Shown piece by piece: positions 1 through 9,984 of a stretch of DNA of 64,000 nt. Every line of letters starts with the position of its first letter. Position 1 is the first letter of the stretch. The position numbers and the translations under genes are program-made. Where the stretch lies: NCBI GenBank assembly GCA_023267215.1, contig JAHFNS010000002.1, positions 256,892 through 320,891 of the forward strand, read 5' to 3'. The notes beneath the pieces were generated by a model. It had not been told where the DNA came from. It saw only the letters and a program-made list of their open reading frames with translations, and searched no databases. This DNA is from Candidatus Nomurabacteria bacterium (GTDB lineage Bacteria; Patescibacteriota; Minisyncoccia; Phycocordibacterales; UBA9973).

Positions 1-233
1 GGGATGTGGGCTTGGCCGTAGACGCTATAAAGCTAGCACCAAAGCTCGATGCTGTCGTTCTCGTCGCTGGTGATGGAGATTATGTACCAATGGTTGAATA
101 TATACAGAGTTTTGGTACGCAAGTAGAAGCTATTTCATTTGGTAAATCAACTTCAGGCAAACTTCGTGATGCCGTGGATGATTTTATAGATCTTTCCTTG
201 AATCCGAGGAAATATTTAATAGGAATGAAATAA
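1..233 (+). CDS. NYN (LabA/DUF88, PIN-like) domain protein, 3' part only
   Basis: DVGLAVDA...LVAGDGDYVP...G.QVE...S..L...D.FIDL motifs; ORF runs in from the window edge. Confidence 0.85.
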   Translation, partial: DVGLAVDAIKLAPKLDAVVLVAGDGDYVPMVEYIQSFGTQVEAISFGKSTSGKLRDAVDDFIDLSLNPRKYLIGMK

Positions 234-343
234 TTTATAAGTTAATCAGGTTCGTCTTTAGATAGAGATAGTGTCTCACGATATCGTGGACAATACTTTA
301 TTCTGAAGAAGAACCTCGCCCGCCTTTGGTGGGTAATAAAAAT

Positions 344-2494
344 ATGAATAAGAAAGAATTCAGTGTAGAAATTGGTGGTAAAACATTGACCGCTATTTTC
401 TCAGATTTAGCAGAACAAGCACATGGATCAGTCATGCTTAAATATGGTGACACTATAGTGCTAGCGACAGCTTGTATGTCCAAAGACAAGCAAGCAGGTT
501 TGGGATTTTTTAATCTGACAGTAGACTATGTAGAGAGATTTTATGCTGCTGGAAAGATTTTAGGTTCACGTTTTATGCACAGAGAAGGAAAGCCATCAGA
601 AGATGCTGTCCTTGCTAGTCGTGTTATAGACAGAACCTTGCGTCCACTTTTCGATCAATCTATTCGCCATGCTGTGCAAGTCATCACCACTGTCATATCT
701 ATGGGTGAGGATGACTCTACAATACTTGCAGTAAATGCTGCATCTTTGGCCCTCGCAGTATCAGACATACCATGGGCAGGGCCTATCGGCTGTGTGCGCA
801 TTGGGAAATACGATGACGATAATTTAAAAATAAATCCTGCGCAAATTTTAAGACAAGATGATTCTAAATATAAATACGATCTTACTATCTGTGGTAAAAA
901 TGGAAATATAAATATGATAGAAGCATCAGCTCATCAGACTAGTGAAGATGAACTCGAAGAAGCATTCAAAAAGGCAAGTGAAGAAATAACAAAACTTGAA
1001 GACTTCCAAAAGAAGATAGTTGCTGAGATAGGTGTCGCTAAGAAGGTAATAGAAAAAGAAAAAGTTAGCGATGGATCAGTAAAATTATTTAATGAAAACA
1101 TTTTACCAAAGATGGAAAGTGCACTATTCGCTGGTGCTGGCAAAAAACCCATAGATGAACTTCACAGTGTTTGGAATAAATTGGTGAAAGACACTTACCC
1201 TGACAGGACCGACTTTGCCCCCGAAGATGCTCTCTTTGACGATACAGAAAATGATATGTTGCACGAGAAAGCTATTCACGAAAACAAACGTGCAGACGGT
1301 AGGGCGATGGATGGACTTCGTGCTCTCTATGCACAAGCTGGAGGACTTTCTACAATATTGCATGGTTCTGGAATTTTCTATCGTGGAGGAACTCATGTCC
1401 TATCTGTTCTTACTCTAGGTGGACCAGAAGAGAAACTTTTAGTAGACGGAATGCAATCAAAAATTGAAAAAAGATTTATGCATCATTACAACTTTCCACC
1501 TTACTCAGGTGGAGAAGTAGGCCGTATGGGAAATACAAATCGCAGAGAAGTCGGACACGGAGCACTAGCTGAAAAAGCTTTAGCTATGATATTGCCAAGT
1601 GTCGAAGAATTCCCTTACACTATGCGTATAGTTTCTGAATCAATGGCATCAAATGGTTCTACTTCTCAAGCTTCTATCTGTGCTTCAAGTCTTGCCCTTA
1701 TGGACGGAGGTGTGCCTATAAAAGCACCAGTCGCTGGTATTGCTATGGGTCTCATGATGGAGATGACCTCACCCCAGCCCTCTCCTTATAAAGGAGAGGG
1801 GGAAATTCCAAAATATAAAATTTTGACTGATATCCAAGGACCCGAAGATCATCATGGAGATATGGATTTCAAGGTGGCAGGCACGAGAGATGGCGTCACA
1901 GCTATTCAGCTTGATGTGAAAGTGGAAGGAGTACCAATAAAAATATTAGGTGAAGCCATGAGACAATCCAAAGCCGCTAGACTTTCTATCTTAGATACTA
2001 TAGAAAAAGAAATTCCAAAATCTCGTTCCGAAATTTCTCCAAACGCTCCAAAGATATTGATTATGAAAATCAAACCAGACCAGATAGGTATGGTGATAGG
2101 CGGTGGTGGAAAAACCATTAAGGATATAAAAGAACGTTCAGGTGCAGAAATAACTATTGAAGATGATGGTACAGTATATTTGACAGGGAAAGATGATAAA
2201 GCAGAAAAAGCTAAAAAAATAATAGAAGAAATGACCCATGAGTACAAAGTTGGGGAAGTTTTGAAAGGAGAAGTCGTGAGAATTGCAGACTTTGGAGCTT
2301 TCGTCGCCTTAAATCCTTTTACTGATGGTATGGTGCACATTTCTGAGATGGCCCCATTTCGTGTAGAGCGAGTCATTGATATAATAAAGGATGGCATGAT
2401 AGTGCCAGTGAAGATAATAAAAGTGGACAGAGAACAAGGTAAAATCAGTTTGTCTATCAAAGAAGCCGATCCAAATTTCTTTAAGAAACCTTAG
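344..2494 (+). CDS. pnp: Polyribonucleotide nucleotidyltransferase (PNPase)
   Basis: RPH motifs (RVIDRTLRPLF, RREVGHG, SNGSTS, DMDFKVAG), KH (IGGGGK) and S1 domains; ATG at 344 preferred over GTG at 326. Confidence 0.97.
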   Translation: MNKKEFSVEIGGKTLTAIFSDLAEQAHGSVMLKYGDTIVLATACMSKDKQAGLGFFNLTVDYVERFYAAGKILGSRFMHREGKPSEDAVLASRVIDRTLRPLFDQSIRHAVQVITTVISMGEDDSTILAVNAASLALAVSDIPWAGPIGCVRIGKYDDDNLKINPAQILRQDDSKYKYDLTICGKNGNINMIEASAHQTSEDELEEAFKKASEEITKLEDFQKKIVAEIGVAKKVIEKEKVSDGSVKLFNENILPKMESALFAGAGKKPIDELHSVWNKLVKDTYPDRTDFAPEDALFDDTENDMLHEKAIHENKRADGRAMDGLRALYAQAGGLSTILHGSGIFYRGGTHVLSVLTLGGPEEKLLVDGMQSKIEKRFMHHYNFPPYSGGEVGRMGNTNRREVGHGALAEKALAMILPSVEEFPYTMRIVSESMASNGSTSQASICASSLALMDGGVPIKAPVAGIAMGLMMEMTSPQPSPYKGEGEIPKYKILTDIQGPEDHHGDMDFKVAGTRDGVTAIQLDVKVEGVPIKILGEAMRQSKAARLSILDTIEKEIPKSRSEISPNAPKILIMKIKPDQIGMVIGGGGKTIKDIKERSGAEITIEDDGTVYLTGKDDKAEKAKKIIEEMTHEYKVGEVLKGEVVRIADFGAFVALNPFTDGMVHISEMAPFRVERVIDIIKDGMIVPVKIIKVDREQGKISLSIKEADPNFFKKP
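1766..1802 (+). repeat. REP-like palindrome (family A: cctcacccc...ccctctcctt-N-aaggagaggg) inserted in frame in pnp
   Basis: Matches intergenic copies at 13503, 14908 and 61727; encodes TSPQPSPYKGEG. Confidence 0.85.
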
Positions 2495-2501
2495 CTGATT
2501 T

Positions 2502-2541
2502 CTTAAGCTGGGCTTCTGTCTCCCTAAACCCAGCTTAGGGG
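2502..2541. repeat. Palindromic repeat, family B (taagctggg...cccagcttagggg)
   Basis: Inverted repeat; similar copies at 4282-4326 and 61425-61466. Confidence 0.8.
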
Positions 2542-2564
2542 AAAGTTTTGAGGAGCCAAAATTT

Positions 2565-4280
2565 ATGCAAATCGAAACTAAACAATGCCAGAATTGCAAA
2601 AAAGACTTCATAATAGAAGGAGAAGATTTTAAATTTTATGAAAAGATAAAAGTTCCTCCACCGACTTTTTGTCCGGAATGCAGAATGCAAAGACGTCTGT
2701 CATATAGAAATACTCATTCATTTTATAAAAAGAAAGATAGTTTTTCTGGTAAAGACATTATCTCGGCTTATTCTCCAGATAAAAATCTAGTTGTTATTGA
2801 TAGGAAAACATGGTGGAGCGATGATTGGGATCCGCTTGATTATTGTGCTGATTATGATTTTTCTGAACCATTTTTTTCTCAATGGGCGAAGTTGCGTGAT
2901 AAATTTCCTTTACAAAATCTTATGCAGACGAAGTCTGTAGATAGTGACTATTGTAATGTAGCAGAAGAAAGTAAAGATTGTTATTTAATATCTGCTTCTT
3001 GGAAAAATGAGAGAGTTTTTTATTCTGATGCTATTACAGAAGTAAAAGATTCAATGGATTTGCATGTTGTCCACAGAACACAATTTTCCTATGATGATTT
3101 AGTTTGTGCAGATTCCTATCAGCTTTTCTACAGTCAAGATTCTCATAACTGTGTAAATTCGTATTTTCTTTATGATTGCCGAAATTGCACAGACTGTTTT
3201 ATGTGTTCAAATTTGAGGAGTAAGAGTTATTGTTTTTATAACAAACAGCTAACCAAAGAAGAATATCAGAAAAAAATAAAACAAATGGATTTAGGTAGCC
3301 ATTCTTTTATTCAAGAAAAGAAAAAAGAATTTGAGAATTTAAAACTAAAAGCTATTCATAAGTATGCTCATATTGTAAATTCAAGTAATATATCTGGTGA
3401 TAATATTGTGAATGCAAAGAATTGCCACAATTGTTTTGACTTGATGAGCGAACTCCAAGACTGTAGTTATGCTTTTTGGGGTGTACAGGGTAAGGATATA
3501 TTTGATTGTGGCCCAGGATTTGGAGTTGTCGAATTAATGTATGAAACTTTTGATGCTGGCCCAGGCGGAAAAAATATTTTATTTAGTCATAGTATTCATT
3601 CTTCAGAAAGCGTGGAATACAGTTTTTACTGTCACGACTCTTCCAATCTTTTTGCTTGTTTTGGTCTCCGCTCTAAACAGTATTGCATTTTAAATAAACA
3701 ATACAAGAAAGAAGAATATTTTAAATTGAGAGAAGAAATCATTAAACACATGAATGAAATGCCTTATATTGATAAAAAGGTGAATGCGTATAAATATGGG
3801 GAGTTTTTTCCAGCAGAGCTTGCACCTTTTGCTTATAACGAAACAGTAGCACAAGATTATTTTCCAATGGAGAAAGAAAAAGTTCTTGAAATGGGCTTGT
3901 CTTGGAAAGATTCTGAAACACGTAATTATAAACCGACTCTTTTATCTAAAGATATTCCAGATAATATAAAAAATGTGCCAGACAGCATAAAAAATGAAAT
4001 TATAGAATGTGAACATCAAGGTAAATGTAAAGACCATTGCACTACTGCTTTTAAAATTATTCCAAATGAATTAATCTTTTATCGAAGGTTTAATATTCCA
4101 ATACCGCATCTTTGCTATGGTTGTAGGCATTACGGGAGATTAAAAGAAAGAAATCCGATGAGGCTTTGGCACAGAAAGTGTATGAAAGATGGCTGCACTA
4201 ATGAATTTGAGACTAGCTACTCCCCAGACCGCCCTGAGATTATTTATTGTGAGAGGTGTTATAATCAGGAGGTATATTAA
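2565..4280 (+). CDS. Cys-rich Zn-ribbon protein of unknown function (type common in CPR)
   Basis: N-terminal CQNC...CPECR, central short Cys/Ser repeats, C-terminal CYGCR and CERCY. Confidence 0.8.
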   Translation: MQIETKQCQNCKKDFIIEGEDFKFYEKIKVPPPTFCPECRMQRRLSYRNTHSFYKKKDSFSGKDIISAYSPDKNLVVIDRKTWWSDDWDPLDYCADYDFSEPFFSQWAKLRDKFPLQNLMQTKSVDSDYCNVAEESKDCYLISASWKNERVFYSDAITEVKDSMDLHVVHRTQFSYDDLVCADSYQLFYSQDSHNCVNSYFLYDCRNCTDCFMCSNLRSKSYCFYNKQLTKEEYQKKIKQMDLGSHSFIQEKKKEFENLKLKAIHKYAHIVNSSNISGDNIVNAKNCHNCFDLMSELQDCSYAFWGVQGKDIFDCGPGFGVVELMYETFDAGPGGKNILFSHSIHSSESVEYSFYCHDSSNLFACFGLRSKQYCILNKQYKKEEYFKLREEIIKHMNEMPYIDKKVNAYKYGEFFPAELAPFAYNETVAQDYFPMEKEKVLEMGLSWKDSETRNYKPTLLSKDIPDNIKNVPDSIKNEIIECEHQGKCKDHCTTAFKIIPNELIFYRRFNIPIPHLCYGCRHYGRLKERNPMRLWHRKCMKDGCTNEFETSYSPDRPEIIYCERCYNQEVY

Positions 4281-4281
4281 T

Positions 4282-4326
4282 TTCCCCTAAGCTCAGCTTA
4301 GGAGACGAAAGCCCAGCTTAGGGGAA
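4282..4326. repeat. Palindromic repeat, family B
   Basis: ttcccctaagct...gcccagcttaggggaa inverted repeat. Confidence 0.8.
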
Positions 4327-4333
4327 GAAAAAT

Positions 4334-5203
4334 ATGGAAGAAAATAAATTAAAAAGTAAAATTGTGGAGACTTACACTGGAGATATGGTGAAGGTTCTTG
4401 AAAGTAATAAAGGAAGTTTAATAAAAAAAATAATTCACGAAGAAGAAGCACACGAAGCAGAAAGTAAAAATTTATCTCCGAAATCAAAGAAAAATAAATT
4501 TTTTATGTTAATTAGTATTACACTTATAATTTTAGCTTTGACCGTATTGCTTTTCTTGGCTTTTTCAAAAGAAAAAATAAATACTGTCTCTATCGAACAG
4601 CAATTTACTTCAATTATTTTTATTGATCAGACAGATTTTAAAGTAATCGATGGATTTAATAAAGAAAAAATAGCTGAAACTGTTTTTAATCAAACCAATG
4701 ATACAAAAGTAAAAATAGGTGGAATTGATGGCATTTATCTAACAGAAAATAATAAAGTAGTGGGTTTTAAAAGATTTAATGAACTTATAAAAAGTAATCT
4801 CGATCTAGAAAAAGTTAACTTATTTGGAGACAATTTTTTATTTGGTGCATTTAAAAATGGATTAAGTTCAATATCACCTAATATCGGAACTCCTTTTATT
4901 TTACTGAAGGTTAAATCTTTTACAGATGTATTTCCAGTAATGAAGATTTGGGAAAATAAAATGTTATATGATTTAGCACAATTTTTTAGAGTAAAGATAA
5001 CCCCAGAAACTAATTATTTATTCACAAAGAATTTTGAAGATGGTGTTGTAGCGAACAAAAATGCAAGGATGCTAAAAGATAAAGATGGAAATATTGTTTT
5101 GATGTATGTGTATGCAGATGATAGTTCTGTTGTTATAACTAACTCTGAAAATGCGGTTAATGAAATAGTTCTACGTTTAAACTCTAGTAAGATAAAGAAA
5201 TAA
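4334..5203 (+). CDS. Single-pass membrane protein, hypothetical
   Basis: Charged N-terminus, one hydrophobic segment (FFMLISITLIILALTVLLFLAF), soluble C-domain. Confidence 0.75.
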   Translation: MEENKLKSKIVETYTGDMVKVLESNKGSLIKKIIHEEEAHEAESKNLSPKSKKNKFFMLISITLIILALTVLLFLAFSKEKINTVSIEQQFTSIIFIDQTDFKVIDGFNKEKIAETVFNQTNDTKVKIGGIDGIYLTENNKVVGFKRFNELIKSNLDLEKVNLFGDNFLFGAFKNGLSSISPNIGTPFILLKVKSFTDVFPVMKIWENKMLYDLAQFFRVKITPETNYLFTKNFEDGVVANKNARMLKDKDGNIVLMYVYADDSSVVITNSENAVNEIVLRLNSSKIKK

Positions 5204-5221
5204 AAAACCGTTAGGAGAGGT

Positions 5222-5692
5222 TTAGTGATTTTTATAAATATTTATCAATATTTTATTCAAATCATATAATCCTTTTATTAGGATAATTTTTTTGTGTTTT
5301 AAAATATGATCTTGTTTTAGTATTTTATGTGTTTTTTTATTGTTAGTTATCACGAAATCTATACTTCCTTTTATCATCCAGTCTTTGAGCCAAAGTAATT
5401 GATCGTCCACAAAGATAACAGCTGGTTTATTTGAATTTGCATAATAGCCACATTCCCACGAACAATCTTTTCCAAAATTTGGTAGAACTAATCCGATATC
5501 TGAATTTTTAATTGCCTCTACATCAACGTCAACAACTTTTTGGGAAAAACTTTCATGTTTTTTGTCCCAAGGGTTATGTTCGTGTGGTTTGAATACTTCA
5601 AATATATTTTTATCAAAACTTGAGGCCACTTTATTGTTCCATGGTTGTGCATACTTTGCTATCCTAGCTATTAAATATATTTTTATTTTCAT
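5222..5692 (-). CDS. Nucleoside 2-deoxyribosyltransferase-like (NDT/DNPH1) protein
   Basis: IYL N-terminal strand, D..AI..SD, G.D.SWECGY motif with candidate catalytic Glu. Confidence 0.6.
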   Translation of the reverse strand: MKIKIYLIARIAKYAQPWNNKVASSFDKNIFEVFKPHEHNPWDKKHESFSQKVVDVDVEAIKNSDIGLVLPNFGKDCSWECGYYANSNKPAVIFVDDQLLWLKDWMIKGSIDFVITNNKKTHKILKQDHILKHKKIILIKGLYDLNKILINIYKNH

Positions 5693-5812
5693 AACATAAA
5701 AGAATATAACAGTTTATAGTATATTTGTCAATAAATATCCACTATTTATTCAATATTTAACACATAATTTCATTATAAATATATAAAATATAGATAAATT
5801 TGTGGAAAAAGA

Positions 5813-5841
5813 TTGACACAAATTAAGAAAGGCTATATAAT
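5813..5841 (+). promoter_or_regulatory. Consensus sigma70 promoter for the TrmB-like regulator
   Basis: TTGACA-17 nt-TATAAT. Confidence 0.8.
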
Positions 5842-5870
5842 AGAAACGTTACTCATTAATTTTTAATGAA

Positions 5871-6635
5871 ATGATAAAAAAAGAGCAACTTATTGACTTG
5901 GGGTTTGGAGACAAAGAAGCGAGTGTTTATTTGGCTTTACTTGAGCTTGGCCCTTCCACTACCACAGAAATATCAAGACGAGCAGGCATAAATCGCACGA
6001 CTGGATATGATATTTTGGAATCTTTAGCAAGTGATGGATTGATTAATCCAATTAGGGATACAAAAATTCAGAAATACTCAGCAGAAAACCCAGAGAAAGT
6101 CATTTCTTTTTTAGAAAATAAAATAAAACAGACTGAAGAAAAATTAAAACAGGCACATTTGTTGTTGCCAGAGCTTCTTTCTGTCTTTAATGTGAAAGAA
6201 AAACCAAAAGTTAAATTTTTTGAAGGAATTGAGAGAGTGAAAGAAGCATTTGAAGATACCTTAAATACAAAAAGAGAAATATTAGCTTATGCTGTCGGTG
6301 CTGACATGTTTGAAACTGTCGGGCGCGAATATTTTAAAGAATATACCAGAAAAAAGGTAGAAAAAAATATTCATGTTAAAGTAATTGCTCCAGATGATGA
6401 GGAAAGTAGGGAGGTTGTCTCTAGGGATGCTCTGGAATTAAGGGAATCTGTGCTTATACCAAAAGAAAAATTTTACTTTACAACAGAAATCAACATCTAC
6501 AACAATAAAATGATTATTATTTCTTGGAAAGAAAAATTTGCTGTGATTGTAGAAAGTGAAGAAATTGCCAACGCACAAAGAAGAGTTTTTGATCTCGCGT
6601 GGCTAGGGGCAAAACAGTTGTCAAATAGGAGTTAA
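5871..6635 (+). CDS. TrmB-family transcriptional regulator (HTH plus PLD-like sensor domain)
   Basis: LGF..KEA.VYLALLELG...I.RTT.YDIL; KPKVKFFEG; EINIYNNK. Confidence 0.88.
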   Translation: MIKKEQLIDLGFGDKEASVYLALLELGPSTTTEISRRAGINRTTGYDILESLASDGLINPIRDTKIQKYSAENPEKVISFLENKIKQTEEKLKQAHLLLPELLSVFNVKEKPKVKFFEGIERVKEAFEDTLNTKREILAYAVGADMFETVGREYFKEYTRKKVEKNIHVKVIAPDDEESREVVSRDALELRESVLIPKEKFYFTTEINIYNNKMIIISWKEKFAVIVESEEIANAQRRVFDLAWLGAKQLSNRS

Positions 6636-6671
6636 TATTTTGGATTTTAGAAATTGTAGTATAATAAATTT

Positions 6672-7514
6672 ATGAAAACTGAAATAATAAAATCACTTGT
6701 AAATAATTTTGAATCCTATGCTCACAAAACTAATGAAGGGATAGAGTTTTGGTTAGCTAGAGATTTACAGCAACTTTTGGGTTATAGGAAATGGGATAAC
6801 TTTTTAACTGTTATTACTAAAGCAAAAACAGCTTGTGAAATAACGGGGCATAAAGTTACCGATCATTTTGCCGACGTCGGGAAAACGATCCAAATGCCCA
6901 AAGGGGCACAAAAAGAGATTCAAGATTTAATGCTTACTAGGTATGCTTGTTATCTTATTGCTCAGAATGGAGATTCTAGAAAAGAAGAAATTGCTTTTGC
7001 CCAAAATTATTTTGCTATTCAAGCTAGAAAGTTTGAAGTAATTGAGAAAAGAATACAAGAATTTGAAAGAGTTAGGGCTAGACATAAATTAATTGAAACA
7101 GAAAAAGAATTATCTAGTGTTATTTATCAACAAACAAAAAATGATAAAAATTTTGGATTAATTCGTAGTAAAGGAGATAAAGCCTTATTTGGATATACAA
7201 CTCAAGAAATGAAAAGTCGGCTAAAAGTTCCTAGCAGTCGTGCTCTAGCAGATTTTCAACCGACTATATTATTAAAAGCCAAAGACTTTGCTACAGAAAT
7301 AACCATTTTTAATACAAAAAATAAAGGATTAAAAACTGAACAGGCAATTTCAGAAGAGCATATTATAAACAACAGAAGTGTTCGGAAAACTTTAATTAGT
7401 CGTGGTATTCGTCCAGAAATTTTACCTGCCGAAGAAGATATAAAAAAAGTTGAAAGGAAAATTGAATCTGAAAATAAAAAAAGTTTAAAAAAACCAGACA
7501 AATTGAAAACCTAG
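6672..7514 (+). CDS. dinD: DNA damage-inducible protein D (BRO-N domain)
   Basis: WLARDLQ.LLGY..W.NF, DHF, LTRYACYLIAQNGD, AQ.YFA.Q.R, RSKGD.ALFG. Confidence 0.88.
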   Translation: MKTEIIKSLVNNFESYAHKTNEGIEFWLARDLQQLLGYRKWDNFLTVITKAKTACEITGHKVTDHFADVGKTIQMPKGAQKEIQDLMLTRYACYLIAQNGDSRKEEIAFAQNYFAIQARKFEVIEKRIQEFERVRARHKLIETEKELSSVIYQQTKNDKNFGLIRSKGDKALFGYTTQEMKSRLKVPSSRALADFQPTILLKAKDFATEITIFNTKNKGLKTEQAISEEHIINNRSVRKTLISRGIRPEILPAEEDIKKVERKIESENKKSLKKPDKLKT

Positions 7515-7558
7515 CAATTTTTAGTTGCTTTTTGGAATTAAAGTGCTAGGCTTTAAGG

Positions 7559-7915
7559 ATGTTAGACAAAAAGAAAATTAAAGAAAATTTAGAAAAAGAA
7601 CGAGATATGCTTCTTGAGCAAATTCGTGATATTGGTAAATTAAATGAAGAGACGAACGAATGGGAAGCTGTCCCTGAAGAAAGAGAATCTAGAGAATCAG
7701 ACCAAAATGATATGGCTGATAGATTTGAAGATTTTGAAGCGCGAAGTATCATGATAAAAACTTTGGAGTCAAGATTAAATAATATTTTAAGTTCATTAAA
7801 AGGGTTGAATAAAGAATCTTTCGGCAAATGTGAAGTTTGTAAAAAAGATATTGAGATGGATCGAATGAAAGTGAATCCAGCAGCTAAAACGTGCAAGAAG
7901 CACTTGAATGGGTAG
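7559..7915 (+). CDS. TraR/DksA C4-type zinc-finger protein
   Basis: Coiled coil with D.ND.AD, then GKCEVC...R...P.A.TC..H. Confidence 0.85.
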   Translation: MLDKKKIKENLEKERDMLLEQIRDIGKLNEETNEWEAVPEERESRESDQNDMADRFEDFEARSIMIKTLESRLNNILSSLKGLNKESFGKCEVCKKDIEMDRMKVNPAAKTCKKHLNG

Positions 7916-7927
7916 TTAAATAAGTAA

Positions 7928-8025
7928 AAAAATCACAGAAATCAAAAATTTTTGAGCCTTCGCCCTCGGGGACATAAGGACAGGGGACCAACACGACTCT
8001 TAAAATTTTTATTTCTGTAATTTTT
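7928..8025. repeat. MITE/REPIN-like element with about 29-bp imperfect terminal inverted repeats
   Basis: aaaaatcacagaaatcaaaaatttttgag ... ctcttaaaatttttatttctgtaattttt around a GC-rich core. Confidence 0.6.
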
Positions 8026-8033
8026 GTAAAATT

Positions 8034-9608
8034 ATGAGTTTCGCAAGAGTTTATTCGGCACAAGTAAACCTCCTTTCTGGAACTATCGTTACAATCGAAG
8101 TTGATTTGTCGCGTGGGTTGCACACTTTTAATGTTGTTGGTTTGCCAGACTCTGCTGTAAATGAATCCAAAGATAGAGTGAGTTCAGCTATAAAAAATTC
8201 TGGTTTTAAATCTCCTAAAGCTAAAAATCAAAAAATAATAGTTTCTCTTTCACCGGCCGATCTTAAAAAAGAAGGGCCGTTTTTTGATCTAGCTATCGCA
8301 CTCTCATATCTACTGGCAGCAGATGATTTGGAATTTGATTCAGAAAAAAAGATTTTTTTAGGTGAACTTGGGTTAGATGGAACCTTGAGACGCATAAGAG
8401 GAGCCTTGCCTCTTGTCATGGAAGCGAAAAGGGCAGGATATGAAGAAGTTTACCTGCCGAAAGAGAATGCAGTGGAGGCCGCGCTTATTGATGGCATAAA
8501 AATTTTTGGCGCAGAAACATTGAAAGAAGTTGTGGAGCATATTGATAGTGAAAAAAGACCGTCTTTAAAGAATTCCCAAAAGACGGTCTTTGGGGAAAGA
8601 AGGTTAATTAAGGTGCAACCAAAAACGGAAATAATTTATAAAAAAGAAAAAAGAAATTCTGACTTTTCTGATATTAAAGGTCAAGAAGGAGCAAAAAGAG
8701 GGCTCGAGATAGCTGCAGCTGGAGGACACAATATAGCAATGTATGGCCCACCAGGTACAGGTAAGACGATGCTCGCTAGGGCTTTCTCTCAATTGCTTCC
8801 AGATTTGAGTTTGGACGATGTGTTGGAAATCACAGGAATACATTCCGTGTCTGGGGCGACACAAGGTGAACTTATTTCGACTCCACCTTTCCGCTGCCCA
8901 CATCATACTTCTTCTTATGTTTCTATTATCGGGGGAGGAACATATCCGAAACCGGGGGAGGTGACTCTCTCACACAAAGGAGTGCTTTTTCTAGACGAAT
9001 TTCCAGAGTTTGAAAAAAGAGTTATAGAATCTTTACGTCAACCACTAGAAGATAATATTGTTTCTATTTCTCGATCAAAAGGGACTGCTACTTTTCCTTC
9101 GAATTTTATTTTAGTTGCAGCTATGAACCCTTGTCCATGTGGAAATACAGGGAATAAACAGAAAGTTTGTATTTGTCGGCCGTCGGATTTAGATAGATAT
9201 AAAAGAAAATTGTCTGGGCCAATAATGGACCGCATTGATCTCTGGGTGTCTGTCGGCAATGTTGATTACAAAAAGTTAGGCGAAATAGGGGATGGAGAGA
9301 AAAGCGAAAATATAAAAAAGAGAGTGGAGAATGCACGTAAGATTCAATCTGAAAGATTTCAAAAATTTAAGAGAAATATAACGACCAATAGTGAGATGAA
9401 TGTGAAAGATTTAGCCAGTATGGTGAAGCTTGATGAAAAAGTGAGGAATCTTTTAGATGATAGTGCGGAACGTCTTGCCCTATCTGCTCGTGCATATCAT
9501 CGTGTAATAAAAATAGCCCGCACTATAGCCGACCTCGAAAATTCTCCAGATGTAAATTCAAATCATATCCTCGAAGCGATACAATATAGGCCGAAGGTGA
9601 ATAATTAA
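8034..9608 (+). CDS. comM: YifB/ComM Mg-chelatase-like AAA+ ATPase
   Basis: VGLPD.AV.ES..RV, GPPGTGKT, PFR.PHH, GVLFLDE, AMNPCPCG, ARTIADL. Confidence 0.93.
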   Translation: MSFARVYSAQVNLLSGTIVTIEVDLSRGLHTFNVVGLPDSAVNESKDRVSSAIKNSGFKSPKAKNQKIIVSLSPADLKKEGPFFDLAIALSYLLAADDLEFDSEKKIFLGELGLDGTLRRIRGALPLVMEAKRAGYEEVYLPKENAVEAALIDGIKIFGAETLKEVVEHIDSEKRPSLKNSQKTVFGERRLIKVQPKTEIIYKKEKRNSDFSDIKGQEGAKRGLEIAAAGGHNIAMYGPPGTGKTMLARAFSQLLPDLSLDDVLEITGIHSVSGATQGELISTPPFRCPHHTSSYVSIIGGGTYPKPGEVTLSHKGVLFLDEFPEFEKRVIESLRQPLEDNIVSISRSKGTATFPSNFILVAAMNPCPCGNTGNKQKVCICRPSDLDRYKRKLSGPIMDRIDLWVSVGNVDYKKLGEIGDGEKSENIKKRVENARKIQSERFQKFKRNITTNSEMNVKDLASMVKLDEKVRNLLDDSAERLALSARAYHRVIKIARTIADLENSPDVNSNHILEAIQYRPKVNN

Positions 9609-9629
9609 AGAAGGCCTTGCCTTCTCCAG

Positions 9630-9676
9630 TTATCCACAGGTAGATGATTGACAGTGAACGCTCGTTCACTTATACT
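9630..9676 (+). promoter_or_regulatory. lexA operon promoter with palindromic operator (SOS box) and upstream DnaA box
   Basis: TTATCCACA at 9630; TTGACA at 9648, 17-nt spacer, TATACT at 9671; spacer carries AGTGAAC-GCTC-GTTCACT (GAAC-N4-GTTC). Confidence 0.85.
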
Positions 9677-9754
9677 TATTTACATAAGTAGAAGGTCAAT
9701 TAGTAACAATTTAATAATCCTGCTTCGCATAAAGCTACGCAGGACAAGGAATAT

Positions 9755-9964
9755 ATGTCACAAAAACAATATTTAAAAACAGTTGAAAGAGAGATCCAGA
9801 GAATTAATAGAATAATTGATTTCAAAATCCTTCGTGGAGAGGAATATACAAAAGAGGCGAGAGATCACAAACTTCTCTTAAAGAAAGTTCGTTATCATAA
9901 CAGACAGGGTTTCTTTAAAAGAATTTTTTCTTCACCTAGCTTTCGGATCGCTTCCTTTTTTTAA
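9755..9964 (+). CDS. Small basic hypothetical protein, first gene of the lexA operon
   Basis: 69-aa ORF with AAGGA upstream, lying between the SOS promoter and lexA. Confidence 0.7.
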   Translation: MSQKQYLKTVEREIQRINRIIDFKILRGEEYTKEARDHKLLLKKVRYHNRQGFFKRIFSSPSFRIASFF

Positions 9965-9984
9965 ACGACATTTCGTTTCCTTAA

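Noticed and set aside
1906-2460. Long antisense ORFs in the track (e.g. 1906-2460, 19635-20183, 33414-33845, 51739-52182)
   Set aside because: They are shadows of well-supported genes on the opposite strand and have no recognisable motifs.
6636-6671. SOS box upstream of dinD (and of recA)
   Set aside because: No GAAC-N4-GTTC match was seen in either upstream region.
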